A stretch of 63,077 bases of DNA, filler included, from Hyphochytrium catenoides (Eukaryota > Protista > Hyphochytriomycota), in NCBI GenBank assembly GCA_900088475.1. It is 6 parts of 6 records of this genome, joined end to end, with 100 filler letters (N's around TTAATTAATTAA, not from the genome) between each part and the next. Parts side by side here need not be neighbours in the genome. Positions count along the whole stretch, not along the records: positions 29,824 to 41,350 come from FLMG01003958.1; positions 41,451 to 51,610 come from FLMG01004012.1; positions 51,711 to 59,102 come from FLMG01000146.1; 3 more parts are not named here. The stretch is one strand, 5' to 3'. A model generated the notes under the pieces. That model did not search any database, was not told the origin of the DNA, and saw only the letters and a program-made list of their open reading frames with translations. A program made the translations under genes and the position numbers. Of this stretch, positions 40,524 through 53,080 are shown piece by piece (position 1 is the stretch's first letter; each line of letters starts with the position of its first letter).

Positions 40524-41276
40524 CCTCTCTAATTGTCTATCTGTCTCTATCCCTCAGTGTTTTCCCACCTCTTCCACTCAGTCTCTCTCTCTCTCGCTGT
40601 CTCTCTCTTACTTCTTGTCGCATTTGCTTTTGTTTCTGCTTACACTCTCTCTTTCTTCTTTCTCTCTCTCTGCATCTCTCGCTGAGTCTTTAAGCATTTA
40701 TCTTCCCATTTTCCATCTCCCTCCTAGCGAAATAGAAGAGAGATGGTGCCATGAACTTCTCCTTGGTAGTCTCTCTCGTCCAAGTTTTTCTCTTTGCCCT
40801 GTGCATTCCTGTGGACATCTTGTGTTCCTGCGACTTCCGTTCTTCTGGGTCTTTCTCTCTCTCTCACTCTCTCATGTCCTCTCTCCCTCTCTCTTTCTCT
40901 TTCTCTTGGTCGTTCTTTCTCTCCCTCTCTTCTCTTTTCTGACAATGCTCCTCATATTCAAAACTGCTCATCTTCCCATCTCCTCTTTTCCTCTCTCTCT
41001 CTCTGTGTGTTTTCGTCTCTCCCTCTCTCTCTCTCTCTCCAGTACCCACGCAGGATGAACCAGGAGTAAAGTTCACTTACGAGGCGAAGCTGACCACGCC
41101 AGACTGGGCCGTCGCCCTTATGAGCGCTGTTTCCAAAGAAAGCACCGAGGGAGAGAGAGAGAGAAAAGGAGGAAAGAGAGTCTTCCACTTCGAACAGAAG
41201 AATCCCATCTCTTCCTATCTCATCGCTATCGTTGTGGGGCACCTAGAGTCCAGAAGTGTCGGCCCTCGTAGTAGCG
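39490..41276 (+). CDS. LTA4H: Leukotriene A4 hydrolase-like M1 aminopeptidase, N-terminal part, 3'-truncated by contig end
   Basis: [68 protein letters not shown], ALMSA and FEQKNPISSYLIAIVVGHLESRSVGPRS. Four exons. The HEXXH motif lies beyond the contig. Confidence 0.92.
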
Positions 41277-41350
41277 TAAGTGAAAGGCAGAGATGGAAAG
41301 GATTGGGGAGAGGGGGAGAGGAGAGAAAGAGAGGGAGGGAGAGAGAGAGA

Positions 41351-41450
41351 NNNNNNNNNNNNNNNNNNNNNNNNNNNNNNNNNNNNNNNNNNNNTTAATT
41401 AATTAANNNNNNNNNNNNNNNNNNNNNNNNNNNNNNNNNNNNNNNNNNNN
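41351..41450. other. Artificial contig linker
   Basis: N44-TTAATTAATTAA-N44. Confidence 0.97.
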
Positions 41451-41492
<42 letters not shown>

Positions 41493-41581
41493 GGAGAGAC
41501 AGCGTGCGCGCGCGAGCGAGAGAGAGACCAGAAGCCGCCTCCCCTTCCAACTCTAAACCCTCGTCTCCCCTTCCTCCTCAC

Positions 41582-41812
41582 CTGCTGAAATCTCCGACGA
41601 TCTTCAGAATCTTCAAAATAAACTTGTCTGGAACTTCGAATGTCATTGCCATCGCGGATGCGCAGCACATCTTCCACTGTCTTTATGTTAGCGATGAGGT
41701 TGTTGTCCAGGCCGCTCTCTCCTCTCCAGCTCCGCTGTGCCGCCAGCACCAGGAGACGCTCCGTGGAGAAGAGAAGACGGCGGAAGCTGATGAGCTCTTT
41801 AGAGCGCGCCAT
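41582..41812 (-). CDS. First exon (77 aa) of a truncated gene, possibly the ER SNARE USE1
   Basis: ATG-initiated exon ending at a CAG|GTGAGG donor. MARSKELISFRRLLFSTERLL resembles the USE1 N-terminus (S-K/R-x-E-I/L-N-F/L-x-R-L-L). Identity is tentative. Confidence 0.4.
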
Positions 41813-41833
41813 TGGGGCCGAGAGAGAGAGGGC

Positions 41834-41867
<34 letters not shown>

Positions 41868-41915
41868 CAGAGAGAAGCTGGGAGAAGGAGGAGCACAGAG
41901 ATGGAAGATACCGCA

Positions 41916-41952
<37 letters not shown>

Positions 41953-42394
41953 CCCGTCACAGCCCTGGCACTGCAGGGTTAGGGGCGCACAGGTGACGGT
42001 GACAGAAAGGAGAGAGAGAGAGGTTCTTATTCGAGGAATGAGGAAGACTTGCGCCAAATGGAACTGTGATGAGAAGGACCACGGAGAGGAGAGACCAAGA
42101 ACGAGAGAAAGAGGGGTGAAGTGAGAAGGAGAGAGTGAGGGAAGGAGCAAAAGAGAGAGAGAGAAAGAAGAGAGAGAGATTCCTCAGGAGAGAGAGAGAG
42201 GAAGAAAGAGAGAGTAGCCAGAGAGGGAGATCTCAATAAGAACAAGGAGATGGATCTCAAAACATACCAAATCCCTAATAGGAAACCCTAGAGGACATTC
42301 TATTAGGAATAAATATGTAAATAGTTCACAATAAGGCCTGTTACCTTTCAAAAGTAGACTGCGAAAGAGTCCGCCGATCCACAGAGAGAGAGAA

Positions 42395-42455
<61 letters not shown>

Positions 42456-42589
42456 AGAGGGGAGGAGAGGAGAGGTAACCGGCATGTGATTGACTTACAG
42501 AGGCGAAAGGATCAAAAGAAGAGAGAGACTGAGGAGAGAGAGAGCCGCCCTGCATAAGGGACGGAAGGGACATAGAGAGAAGGGACATC

Positions 42590-43303
42590 GTGTCTCCAGC
42601 TGCCCTGGAAAAAGGAGAGAGAGAGAGAAAGAGCAGAAAGGCAAAAAGACTGGCAGCAAAGCGCTCTGCCCACCTTATCGGGAGAATGTTTCTTATTCCT
42701 CTTGAAGAGAGAGAGGAAAGAGAGAGAAGAGGTGAAGACTCTCTCCTGGTACGAGCAGTGTTGCGGCAGCAGGGAGAGGAAGAGACCGAAGAAGAGCATG
42801 AAGAAGAGCAAGAACAGAGAGAAGAGAGGCCTAGAGAAGAGAGAGACAAGGTTGAAGAAGAAGATGAGAAACGAGGAGAAAGAAAAGAAGAGAGAAAGAG
42901 ACATCAACAGAATGCAGGGAGAGAGAAAGACTCTGTCACGTCAGAGATTCCTCTACGAGTACATTCTTTGTCTTCCCTCTCTCCTCTTGGTCCTTCTTCC
43001 TTGTATAAGAGAGAAGAAATCCTCCAAAGAAGAGAGAGAATTGGCCCTCTCAAGAGAGAGGAAGCAGAGAAACGGGCATATTCGCCAGGAGGAGGAGGAG
43101 AGAGAGAGGAAGAGAAAGAGAGGAGAGAAAGAGAGAATAGGTCAGACTCTCTCTCTCCCTTGCCTTCTTTACCTAATTCAAAGGAGAGAAATAGGAAGAA
43201 GAGAAAGGTTCAGCAGCGCCTGAAAGTGAAAGAGATGAAGAAGGCAGGCCTCTACACAGGAAAGAGAAGAGAGACACACGGGGAAGAAGACCGAGAGGGA
43301 TGA
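42590..43303 (+). CDS. Possible highly charged low-complexity ORF or exon (237 aa)
   Basis: Open through mixed unique and AG-rich sequence. No ATG start, clear splice partner or recognisable domain. Confidence 0.25.
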   Translation: MSPAALEKGERERKSRKAKRLAAKRSAHLIGRMFLIPLEEREERERRGEDSLLVRAVLRQQGEEETEEEHEEEQEQREERPREERDKVEEEDEKRGERKEERKRHQQNAGREKDSVTSEIPLRVHSLSSLSPLGPSSLYKREEILQRRERIGPLKREEAEKRAYSPGGGGEREEEKERRERENRSDSLSPLPSLPNSKERNRKKRKVQQRLKVKEMKKAGLYTGKRRETHGEEDREG

Positions 43304-43330
43304 ACACCTCGGCGTAGGCGAGAGAGAGGA

Positions 43331-43470
43331 GAGAGAGAAAGATGGGGGAAATAAGAAGCGTTGGCGAAGAGAAGGAAAGAGGAGAGAGAAGGAAAGAGAG
43401 AGAGAGAAAGATGGGGGAAAAAAGAAGCGCTGGCGAAGAGAAGGAAAGAGGAGAGAGAAGGAAAGAGAGA
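43331..43470. repeat. Tandem duplication of a ~69-bp unit
   Basis: GATGGGGGAAA..AAGAAGCG.TGGCGAAGAGAAGGAAAGAGGAGAGAGAAGGAAAGAG starts at 43341 and again at 43410. Confidence 0.85.
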
Positions 43471-43848
43471 GAGAGAGAGAGAGAAAGAGAGGACGAGTAA
43501 GCTAGAAATACAGAAGAACCATACAGCGGTTCTCTTCGTCATCTGCTATTATCCTCTTTCTTCCTTTCGTCTCTGTCTCCCATCATCTCTCTCTCTTTCT
43601 CTCCTGCCAAAGGCAGCAAACCTACTTTCAAGGCTAATCAGATGAAGCCAGAGCAGGTAGGTCTTCTCTTGCTATGAAGAGGAAGAGAGATAGAAGAGAA
43701 AGACATAGAGAAGAGACAAAGAGAAGACACAGAGAGAAGAGACCTAGAGAAAAGTGAAGAGAGAAAGAAAGAAAGAAATACCAGGTAAGAAATGGGAAAC
43801 TCTCTTGGATCAATGGACCGGAAATCTGAGGAGCATCTGGAATATGTC

Positions 43849-43884
<36 letters not shown>

Positions 43885-43955
43885 TCAAGAGAAAAGGAGG
43901 TGTGAGACACAGAGAAAGAGAGACGCACAGAGAGAGAGAGAGATTGACAGTTCAT

Positions 43956-45744
43956 TTATTCATCCTTCTGCTTAGAGAAAAAGAGCCACGTAAAAATCTT
44001 CTGAGCAGCTCTGCTTCTTCCTACCCAGAGAAGAAACAGCCCGAAGAAAAGAGGAAAGAAACCGAGAGAGAGATTGACCTTTCTCTCCTTTTCTGCTTTC
44101 TCCTGGAGAGAGACGACTGTGGAAGAGTAAGAAGAGAGCCAGTCTTCTGGAAGAAGAGAGGAGTCTTGACGCCAATACAGAGGGATGAGGAGCTCCTGAG
44201 AGAGATTGGGGAAAATGGAAGAGGGAGATACTTTATAGTTTACCTGTGAAGAGAGAGAGAGAGGTGTATGTATGTCGGAGATAAGGAGAGGCACAGAGAG
44301 AGAGAGAGAGAGACAAGTGCAGAGGTAAGTACGGCGTAATGGTTAACAATTCTCTCTCTTTCTCCTTTGTTTCTTCCTCTTCTCTCCTCTTCTCCGCTGT
44401 CTGTCCTACTCTCTTCATCTGCCTTGACTCTCATTCATCCCTTGCCCCTCACTCTCCTTCTCTCTCTCTGCCCTCCTGTTCCATCTCTCTCTTTCTCTTC
44501 CTTCGCTCTTCTTCCCTCCCTCTTTCTCTGCATATCACTCTCTCTCTCCCTACCCTCTCTCTCCCTCTTTCCCTCTCCTTGTCTCATTTCCTCCCTCCCC
44601 TTTCTCCTCTCTCTGTCTCTCTCTCTCCGTATCTCTCTCCATCCATCTCACTCCCTCTCTCCCTCTCTCTCTCCCGCTCTCTTTCCTTCCCTGTCTCTCT
44701 CTCTCTCTCTGTCTCACCTGGAAGCGCACAGCAGACTTGAGCACCTGTCCCGTCACTGGCTCAACATCCAGACAGCTCCAGTGTATTTCTGGGTTGGGGA
44801 CCAAGCCTCCCACCTGCCATTCTCTCGAGCCAGAGAGGCCAGCCCATTGGGCGTGATATAGCAGATGAGGGAGAGAGAGAAGGACTGAGACTACACTCTC
44901 TCTCTTCTCTTCTTTCTCTCCTTTTCTCTTATTAATGTGCACCCCAGTAATGTCCATTAACCCTCTTTGGTCAGGAGAGAGAGAGAGAGAGAGGCTCTTC
45001 TCCCAGTCTTTCTCAGAAAGACAGAACGTCGCTGCCTTTATCGCTGGGTTCCCTCCTCTCTGCCAAGCCTCAAGGTCACTTCTCAGGAAGATTGACGTCC
45101 ATTCTCCCTCGCGGGAGAAGGTGATGGTCCTCATCGCCATCTCGAGGAAGAGAGAGAGAGAAGAGACGACGTTATTTGGAAGAAGACTGCCTCCTGTCCA
45201 GAAAGAGGGAGCAATCTGAGGAGAAGACCTGCCTTCAACTGGAATCTTGACGCTTGAGATTCCATCTGCAGATTCCTCTGCCGATAAATCTGCATTTGCA
45301 GACGAAGACTGACGAAGATTTATGGAGTCATTGCCGCAAAACTTTCTAAGGAGGAAGAGATCTCCGACCTCATCCACCCCGGTCCTCACGGTGTGGGACG
45401 AGGTGGGAAAGTCGAGATCTCCATGGACGCACCGCTAAATAGAGGAATGAAGACGGAACAAAGAGAAAGAGAGAGAGAGGAAGAGACAGATAGGAAGAAA
45501 AAAGAAGAGAGAGAGAGAGAGAGAAGGAAGAGAGAGAGAAGAGGAAAAGAGCGAAAGAAAGAAAAAAAGAGAAAGAGAGAGAGAGAGAGATAGAGAAGGG
45601 GCGGATGGAGTAGGAGTAAGTACAAAGACTACTTGGGGATACTTCTGGAGAGAATGCGAGTCAGTCCGAAAGGGGGGGGAGCAAGAGAGAGAACAGCAGG
45701 CTGCAGAAGACAGAGACTGAGAGAGGTAGCACCCACAAACACAT

Positions 45745-45786
<42 letters not shown>

Positions 45787-48700
45787 GCACAGCTGTACCT
45801 GCTGAGCATTTACTCGCAATCCATGACTCTCATGTCTTCCAAGTTCAACTCCATGAGTAAGACCACTGAGGACCAGAGGCCTCACCGCCTCGGACACCTC
45901 CACTGGGGCAAGAGAAGACTCAAGGGAAGAAGACAGAGGCGTGCTCTCTCTCTCCGTCTGACTCTTTCCCTGCAGAAGTTGCTCCATCATGAAGCCCTTA
46001 GCAAACCACCACGCTCTATGGGATGGACTAGCTGCGCTAAAGTTGACTCGAATCGGAGGAGAAGGAGAGATTGAGCCGGGCGGGAACGATGAGAGAGAAG
46101 AAGTAGTTGAGAAGAGAAGAGAGGCTCCCCCTTCTGTACAGTCATACAGAGTCTCTCTTTCACAGAGAGAAGGGTCGAAGAAAGGTCTTCCAAAGCCTCT
46201 TTCGAAACGCTGAGAAATCTCTTCCCCGCTGTCTGTCACCGTCCGACAGCGAAGCTCCACTCTCTTCTTGACCTTTCTCTCCTCTTCTCTCTCTTGCTCC
46301 CCAACTGTTGTCTCTTCTGAAGCGTCTTCTAACTCTATTCTGAGAAGAAGAGAGGAAAGAGTATCTGTGTACCCGTCAAAAAGAAGCTCTCTCGCACTTC
46401 TAGTGACAAACAGTCCGCCCGATGAATAGTCACAAGCAGCAGGATCCTTACAGAGGACTCTCTCTCCTAGGAAAAAGCGTGCGGTGACATAGCTTTGAAG
46501 ATACTCTCCCACTAACTGCCCTAACGTTCGAGCAGATGCTGATGCTAATCTTCTATTTAGCAGTCTCTGTAGAGTCTCTGGAATAAAATCTGCAGAAAAC
46601 TGCAGATTCAGATCTCCATTTCCAGATGAAGAGAAGGCCTTGGAAATCAGATGCTCGCATAGTCTTTCTCCTGCTTTTTTTCTCCATTTTACGGTCTTTA
46701 AGCCCGTAGATGCTCCGTCTGTCCCTTCGGATACCGGAAGAGCTTCTTGCTCGTCCTCCAACAAAGTTGGGTCAGCGAGAGAGGAGAGAAGGTCCTTGCT
46801 TTCCGAAAGAGAGAGGAACACTTTCTCTCCATATTTGTCTGCAAGAAACTTGGAAAACTCGGCTCCGGCGGGCGTGAAGGCATCAGGAACGGAGGTTCGT
46901 GCATCAGTGAAGACAGCCTCTTCCAAGCTGCTCAGGCCAAACTCCTGCCGAGAGACTGTGCCGTTTCCCCATTGAGACATACCCAGAATGGAAAGGGCAG
47001 AAGAGGGAAAGAGAGAAGGAGGATCCTGTGCCTCCTCTTCCTCTTTCAGCAAGTAACCGTAACTCTTTTTCATCTCTGATCGAAAGTACATGTCATACCT
47101 GCCCACCACGCAACGGAACGACATGGCGGAGAACAGTGGGAGAGACGAGAGAGAGAGAAAGAGACATAAGTGCAAGAGAGAGAACATGGCTGATGAAGAC
47201 AACCAAGGCAACACGAAAGACGAGGCGATGGTATGCTTTGAGAGGAGAGAGAGAGAAAGAGGAGCAAGAGAGAGAGCAGCTAACTCCGCTTACCACGAGC
47301 TGTTCGTCGCCCAGTGCTTGACGTAGCGCGCGATACTGCAGACCATACGCTCATACCTCGCCCTTAACTCTTCCGCTCCTGCCTTGTCGTACTCTTCCGC
47401 TTTCACGCCATCTGCTAGGGCAAAGCTAGGAGCCAAGTCTCTCCGGACGACAGAGGCCCAGCGCTGCATGGCAGGACACGACATGTCTCTCTTTTCTGGG
47501 CTGAGTGAGGAGAGAGACGACGGGGAAAGAGAAGAAGCAGATGTAGCCAGAAAAGGGCTACGGGGAGAGCGGGAACCTAGAGCGTCTAGGTCTGCAGCTT
47601 CACAGAAAGAGGCAACGCCTCCCCAGGTCACTGCTAGCTTGTAAGGATTGAGGAGAGACGGATAGGCCGTCGCTGTCTCTCCTACGGCTGAGAATGTCTC
47701 GAAAGGATCTAGGAGAAGACGAGAGACGGAGGTAGAAGGAATCTCTCGCTCGTCACCTTGACGGAGAAGAAATGGCTGAATGCTCCAGTCACAGACCTGC
47801 CTGAGGCTAAACGAGCCCGCTCTCTCTCTTTCTTCTCCTCCTTCTTTCCCTGCTGCACTCTGGGAAGACTCTTGGCAGTCAGGGCTGGAAGAAGAGAGAG
47901 AAGAGACACCTCTCCACTGCTCCAGCACCCTCGTAAGGACGATGTCCTGCTCAAGCCAGCCTTTATACACAGGAACATCATCTCGCAGTTCCACCTGCCC
48001 GAAGAGATACCAAAGCACGCCTCTAACGTTAACTTCGCAGATCTTTCTGCTCTCCTCTTCTGTCTCTCTCTCTCTCTCAGTCGCTCTTCGCCATAGACAG
48101 AGCAGATCTATGAGGAAAAGATACTTTTCCTTCTGTTGGAGCATCGATCCCTCCTCTTTCGTCTTCGTTCCTAATTCTTGGACGTAGGTAAATGCTTGTC
48201 TCCAGATAAGAAATCCTCTCTCAAGCTGCTCTCTCGCTTGTTCCGTGCCACTCTGGGCCGTGACGGTTATCGCCCCAGTGCCGGCTGGATAGCCAGTAGT
48301 GGCCATCTGGTCGGCCGAGGGATCGAGGAGAAAAAGAGCCTGAAGAGGAGTCACCGCATGGGCATCGTCTATATAGATGTTGGCCATGTACCCAGCTGCC
48401 AGCATGATCTTGCCTATTCCAAAAGAGCAAGCTGCCGTCAGACGATTGCTATTGTCAGGCCCACAATCAACCTCTGCGTAGCTGGCAAACTCCTCTCTTG
48501 CTCTCTCTCCTCTATAGCGCGTCACACGGGCAAGGAGCTGGGGGATCGCTGACATGAGATTCTCCTGAAGGATCAGCTGAAAGGCCGATGACAGTCTCCA
48601 GAATCGAAGATTTCTCAATAATCCAGAATCTGCAGATGTCAATGTATTGCGAATCTCCGTCATTGCCCGGTAGCCAAGCTTTCCATAGATCCATGAAGGA

Positions 48701-49377
48701 TCTGACCGTTTGCCTAAGAGCTTAGCAAAGGCAGGATTGAAGGTTGTGACCTGAGTCTCTTCAGAGAGACAGGACGCCGCACGAGGAGGTGCTCTTTCTC
48801 CCAATTTCTCCCCAATGACGCTGCATTCTGCGGGAGAGAGAGGGCGATAATATGTGATGGCATTGAAGGTATTCTCCGTGTTATCTTGGGAGAAAGAGAG
48901 GTTTTGGCGCTGTGTGATCCTCCTATAGCCGAAGGGGCCTCTCTCTACCACTCGCGGGCTTGCACCTGATAGTACGACGTCCTTTGGGTTCAGCACCTCA
49001 AAAAGATAGAAAAATGTATAGGGGGAATAGTTATGCGGAGAGAGAGAGGACGATGAAGACGTAGAAGATGAAGAAGAGAGGTCATCTGTGCTATTCTCTC
49101 CCGTTCTTTTATTCTCTTCGGGTGAGGGAGAGGAAGAAGAAGCTGAGGAGAGCGAAGAAGAGGGAGAAGGCGGCCACTGTTCCTCGGTGAAGATGTGCAG
49201 ATTCCTGTCTTTCTCTTCACTGAGAACGTCTCCTTTCTCTATCACTAGTTCGTCGGTCAATCTCGTGGTTAGAAAGGTCGGCAAGACAAAGAAAGGGATA
49301 AAGAATCCATAGATGAAAATAAACACGGCACCGAAGAGAGAGAGGCAGAGACCAAGAAGAGAAAGACGAAGAGACAT
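43956..49377 (-). CDS. Giant CD36/SCARB/LIMP-2 (croquemort-like) family membrane protein, ~1462 aa; exons 49377-47294, 47098-45799, 45434-44718, 44243-43956
   Basis: CD36 blocks occur in the expected order: N-terminal TM; FYLFEVLNPKDVVLSGASPRVVERGPFGYRR; GLFVTRSARELLFDGY; TVRTGVDEV; VLLSLPHLL; GLVPNPEIH..LDVEPVTGQVLKSAVRFQ|VN; LIPLYW; C-terminal TM. An additional upstream exon is possible. Confidence 0.88.
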
Positions 49378-50213
49378 CCTCCAAACGTTATCCCCTTGTC
49401 CTTCCTCACTATGAGTAGACAGGAATGAGGTTAGGGGAAGCGGAGAGTTGAAAGACAGAGAGAGAGAGAGAAAGAGACGAAGGTCCAGAAGGGAGCTTTT
49501 ACAGTGAGAAGGATGCCTTTCTACGAAAGATAACACCGGAAAGACCACCATAAATAAGCTATACTAAGCCACGAGGAGGCTTCAAAGAATGGAGAAACCT
49601 AGAGAGAGCAGGATCCAAGGATTGACGGACTTCAGCTTGGCTAGACGGGGCCGGCAGGCTTTGCTAGAAGACCTGAAGACTGGGATCGCAGGCATTCTAC
49701 TGGAGAACAAATAGTGAGAGTCTCCCACGGAGCATCAGAGCAAGAACAGGGAACTCTTAGCTTGGGCAGCCATGAAAAGAGAGAGAGAGAGAGTTTGGGT
49801 CTGATAGGGTGGAGGTGTGAATCCGTCGGGGATGGGAAGTGAGGGACGAAGGGTGAGAGTCACATGTCACGGGGAAAAGTTCTCACGGAAGGAAAGAGTA
49901 GATAACAATGGGAGTAGACACGGAGGGTGACTATAAGAAAGGGACGACAGAAGTCAAAGCGAGATGTACTCGTATACATGGAGTAAAAGAAGGCCGAGAG
50001 GAAGAAAGAGAAAACGAGAGAGCCAGCGTCAAAAGAGAGAGAGAGAGAAGAGAGAAAGAAAGAGAGTGACTCAGGGAGACAAGGAAAAGGTCAAGGTTGA
50101 AAAGAGAGAGAGCGGGAAGGAAACAGGAAAAAGAGAGGCAGTGAGGGAGAGAGAGACGCACGGGGAGAGAGAGAGGCAAGCAGAGAGAGAGAAAAAGAAA
50201 GACAGAGAGAGAG

Positions 50214-50281
<68 letters not shown>

Positions 50282-50805
50282 TCTTTGGAAACCTGCGAAG
50301 CGACACACTACTTCGAGCTACTTCTCCTCTTCTCTCTCACCTTCATTACAAGCAGAGTAGAACTAGGAATAATAAGTATCGCTACTTTGTGGCGCCATCC
50401 TACCTGGTAGAAACAAATAATGCGACAATGCTTAGCGTACAAGCTGTTAACTGTTAAGGTTATTTGGGGTTCACAACCTCTGAACATATATTCATAGGAT
50501 AATGAGTTTGGATATCTTGACTTGTTCTAGCTAACGCGACAATAAAAGGCTTGACTGACAAAACAGTACTGTAAGTAGTAATGAACGGTTGCCCTCAAGT
50601 AAGTACAATGCCCCTCCTTCCGGCAATACTTACTTATCTTCGTATTCCCGAGACCCAGTGAAGTTACAGTAGAAGGAGGACGAAGGTCCATACTTGTACC
50701 TTGTACTTGACCAGAATGGACCTGGAAAAGGAAGGAAACGGCGTTATCGCCTTCCCTTTCCACCAGAGGCAGAAGAAGAAGAGGCCGAGGCAAGTAGTGC
50801 TCAGC

Positions 50806-51150
50806 AGCGGTGGCACTCATGATGTCTGTCATTCAGCTTACTACTCAGCCGTGGCACTTGATGTCTGTCAGCTTACTACTCAGCCGTGGCACTTGATATC
50901 TGTCAGCTTACTACTTCAGCTGGTGGCCCTTATCATGATGTCTGTCAGCTTACTACTCAGCGGTGGCACTCATGATGTCTGTCATTCAGTTTACTACTCA
51001 GCCGTGGCACTTGATGTCTGTCAGCTTACTACTCAGCCGTGGTGGTCCTCATCGTGATGTCTGTCATTCAGGTACTACTTCAGCCGTGGCCCTCATCATG
51101 ATGTCTGTCAGCTTACTATTCGGCCGTGGCCTTCATGATGTCTGTCAGCT
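50806..51150. repeat. Tandem array of about 9 variable 35-47 nt units, consensus AGCCGTGGCACT(CA)TGATGTCTGTC(ATTC)AGCTTACTACTC
   Basis: Units are directly abutting with no unique spacers, in a microsatellite-free, more AT-rich segment. Confidence 0.92.
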
Positions 51151-51610
51151 CAATTACCGCTCGCCAGCAATCTGTTCTCCTACACCTCCGCATCATTATC
51201 TTCACTTTACCCTTCTTAAAAACTTCTCCTTCGTTCGCCTCGGTATGAGGGAAGCTAAGTTGCTTGAGCAGCTAGCAGCAGGAGCAGCACATGCTGATGT
51301 CATCAATTATGGCATCATCATCAGCGGTATCATCGAAGTTTGTTGTCAGCGGGCCTCCCCTTTCTGATGCTGGGTTGTGCCGGCCGACCTTCTTCTTTCA
51401 ATTTACTAAAGTAATGCCCAATTTCTTGCCATCATTTACGAAGAAAGATAAGAAGGCGTAGGAATAGTAGGTCTTCCTTCTCTTATATGCCCAATTCTAG
51501 ACTTGCTTCATCACTACTTCTGGACAGACAGGAATCCAGTTTTTTTCTCCTGTTTGACGGCCCTTCTTCTTCTGGTTTCTCGGGTTCCATGTAACCCCAC
51601 TGCTAGGTCC

Positions 51611-51710
51611 NNNNNNNNNNNNNNNNNNNNNNNNNNNNNNNNNNNNNNNNNNNNTTAATTAATTAANNNNNNNNNNNNNNNNNNNNNNNNNNNNNNNNNN
51701 NNNNNNNNNN
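51611..51710. other. Artificial contig linker
   Basis: N44-TTAATTAATTAA-N44. Confidence 0.97.
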
Positions 51711-52715
51711 GAGAGAAGACGTACGACGCGTCCATTGACATATACAGGTGAAGAAGAGAGAGTGAGCAAGTCCAAAGACACGAGGGATGGCGACTTGGGG
51801 AGAGAAGCGTGAAGAGAGAAATGTCCTGCTTGTTCCATGTCGATCCTTGTCGTTCTCTCTCTCATGTGAGCTCATTTCCTCTGTCCTGGGTTCCGATTGT
51901 ATGTCTCTGCATGCACTCATCCTCCTGCATCTTCTGCCTCTCACCCCTCCTTCTCTCTCTCTCTCTCTNNNNNNNNNNNNNNNNNNNNNNNNNNNNNNNN
52001 NNNNNNNNNNNNNNNNNNNNNNNNNNNNNNNNNTCTCTCTCTCTCTCTCTCACTCATCTCTTCTAGTTTCGGTTTGGTTCTCTGGGAGATTATCACTCGA
52101 CAGCTTCCCTTTGAGGATCTCAGGTTCTCGTCGGAGGTTGAGGCAGCGGTGCTTGCCGGAGTGCGACCTCCACTTCCGTCCCCTTCTTCGCCCTCTTCTC
52201 TCTCGCCGTCCCTCTCTCTCCCTTGGCAGCAACTCATCCGGCGCTGTTGGGCCCAGGAACCTCGAGATCGGCCTAGCGCCCAAGAGGTCGTCACGGCTTT
52301 GGAGGACATGGCCAGGAGGCAGAGGCTGTCGGACGGTTTCTTTCTTAGGAGATATGCCATCAGGCTCGGAAAGCTGCTTAATCAGGTTCATCTCTCTCTC
52401 TCTCTTGCTCTCTCCCCTCGTAACTGATTTTGTAAATACTTTTCTCTTCTCTCTCTCTCTGTGTCCGTTCATCTTTTCTTCCTCTCATCGCAAGTCTAAG
52501 TCTCCATTCTCCCTGTCAAGGATTCCTCTCTGGATGAAGCTCATCTGATGGCACTTGTGCCTGCCTTCAACCCTAAAGGACGGGAAGAAAGCAGCCAGGC
52601 GCTTCCTAGCAAAGAGCCGGAGAGAAAGGGAGAGAGAGATCAAGAAGCAGAAGACGGAGCGCTTCGTAATGTAGGAGATACTACTGATGAGAGTCCTCCC
52701 ATGGCTTCTGGGTAG
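51711..52715 (+). CDS. Tyrosine-kinase-like (TKL) protein kinase, C-terminal part (subdomains IX-XI), 5'-truncated
   Basis: YDASIDIYS|FGLVLWEIITRQLPFED..GVRPPLP..LIRRCWAQEPRDRPSAQEVV. It ends either at 52427 or via a last exon ending TAG at 52713-52715. Confidence 0.85.
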
Positions 52716-53080
52716 TATGGAGCGATAAACAAAGAGAGAAAGAGTAAGAGGGACTAATATATAGAGAGAACGTCCGGAAACCTCTTCCGAGGCGCTCATT
52801 CAGAGAGAGAACTCGCTGAAGTCTATAAAGCGCTCTCTCTCTGCCTATTATAAACAGTAATTTATCAACAAGGCCCATCTGCCGCTAAGTCAGTGGTACA
52901 CAGAGTAGCCGCATTGTTTCTACTTCCTAGACCTTGCCAGTCCTTCTCGGCGCCATCTCTATAGAAGGGGAGAAACGCCAACCCCTGCTTTCTCTCTGTG
53001 TCCCTACCTTGACTCAGTACTAGCCTTCTATGCCATCTTCACCACTCACAAGCCCCTGTTATCAGCCTTTCTCCATCTAG

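Noticed and set aside
50806-51150. CRISPR array
   Set aside because: Units abut with no unique spacers, no cas genes are present, and the context is eukaryotic.
50806-51150. C/D-box snoRNA cluster (ATGATG and CTGA words)
   Set aside because: Box-like words are mostly on opposite strands or imperfect, and the units are too short and lack guide diversity.
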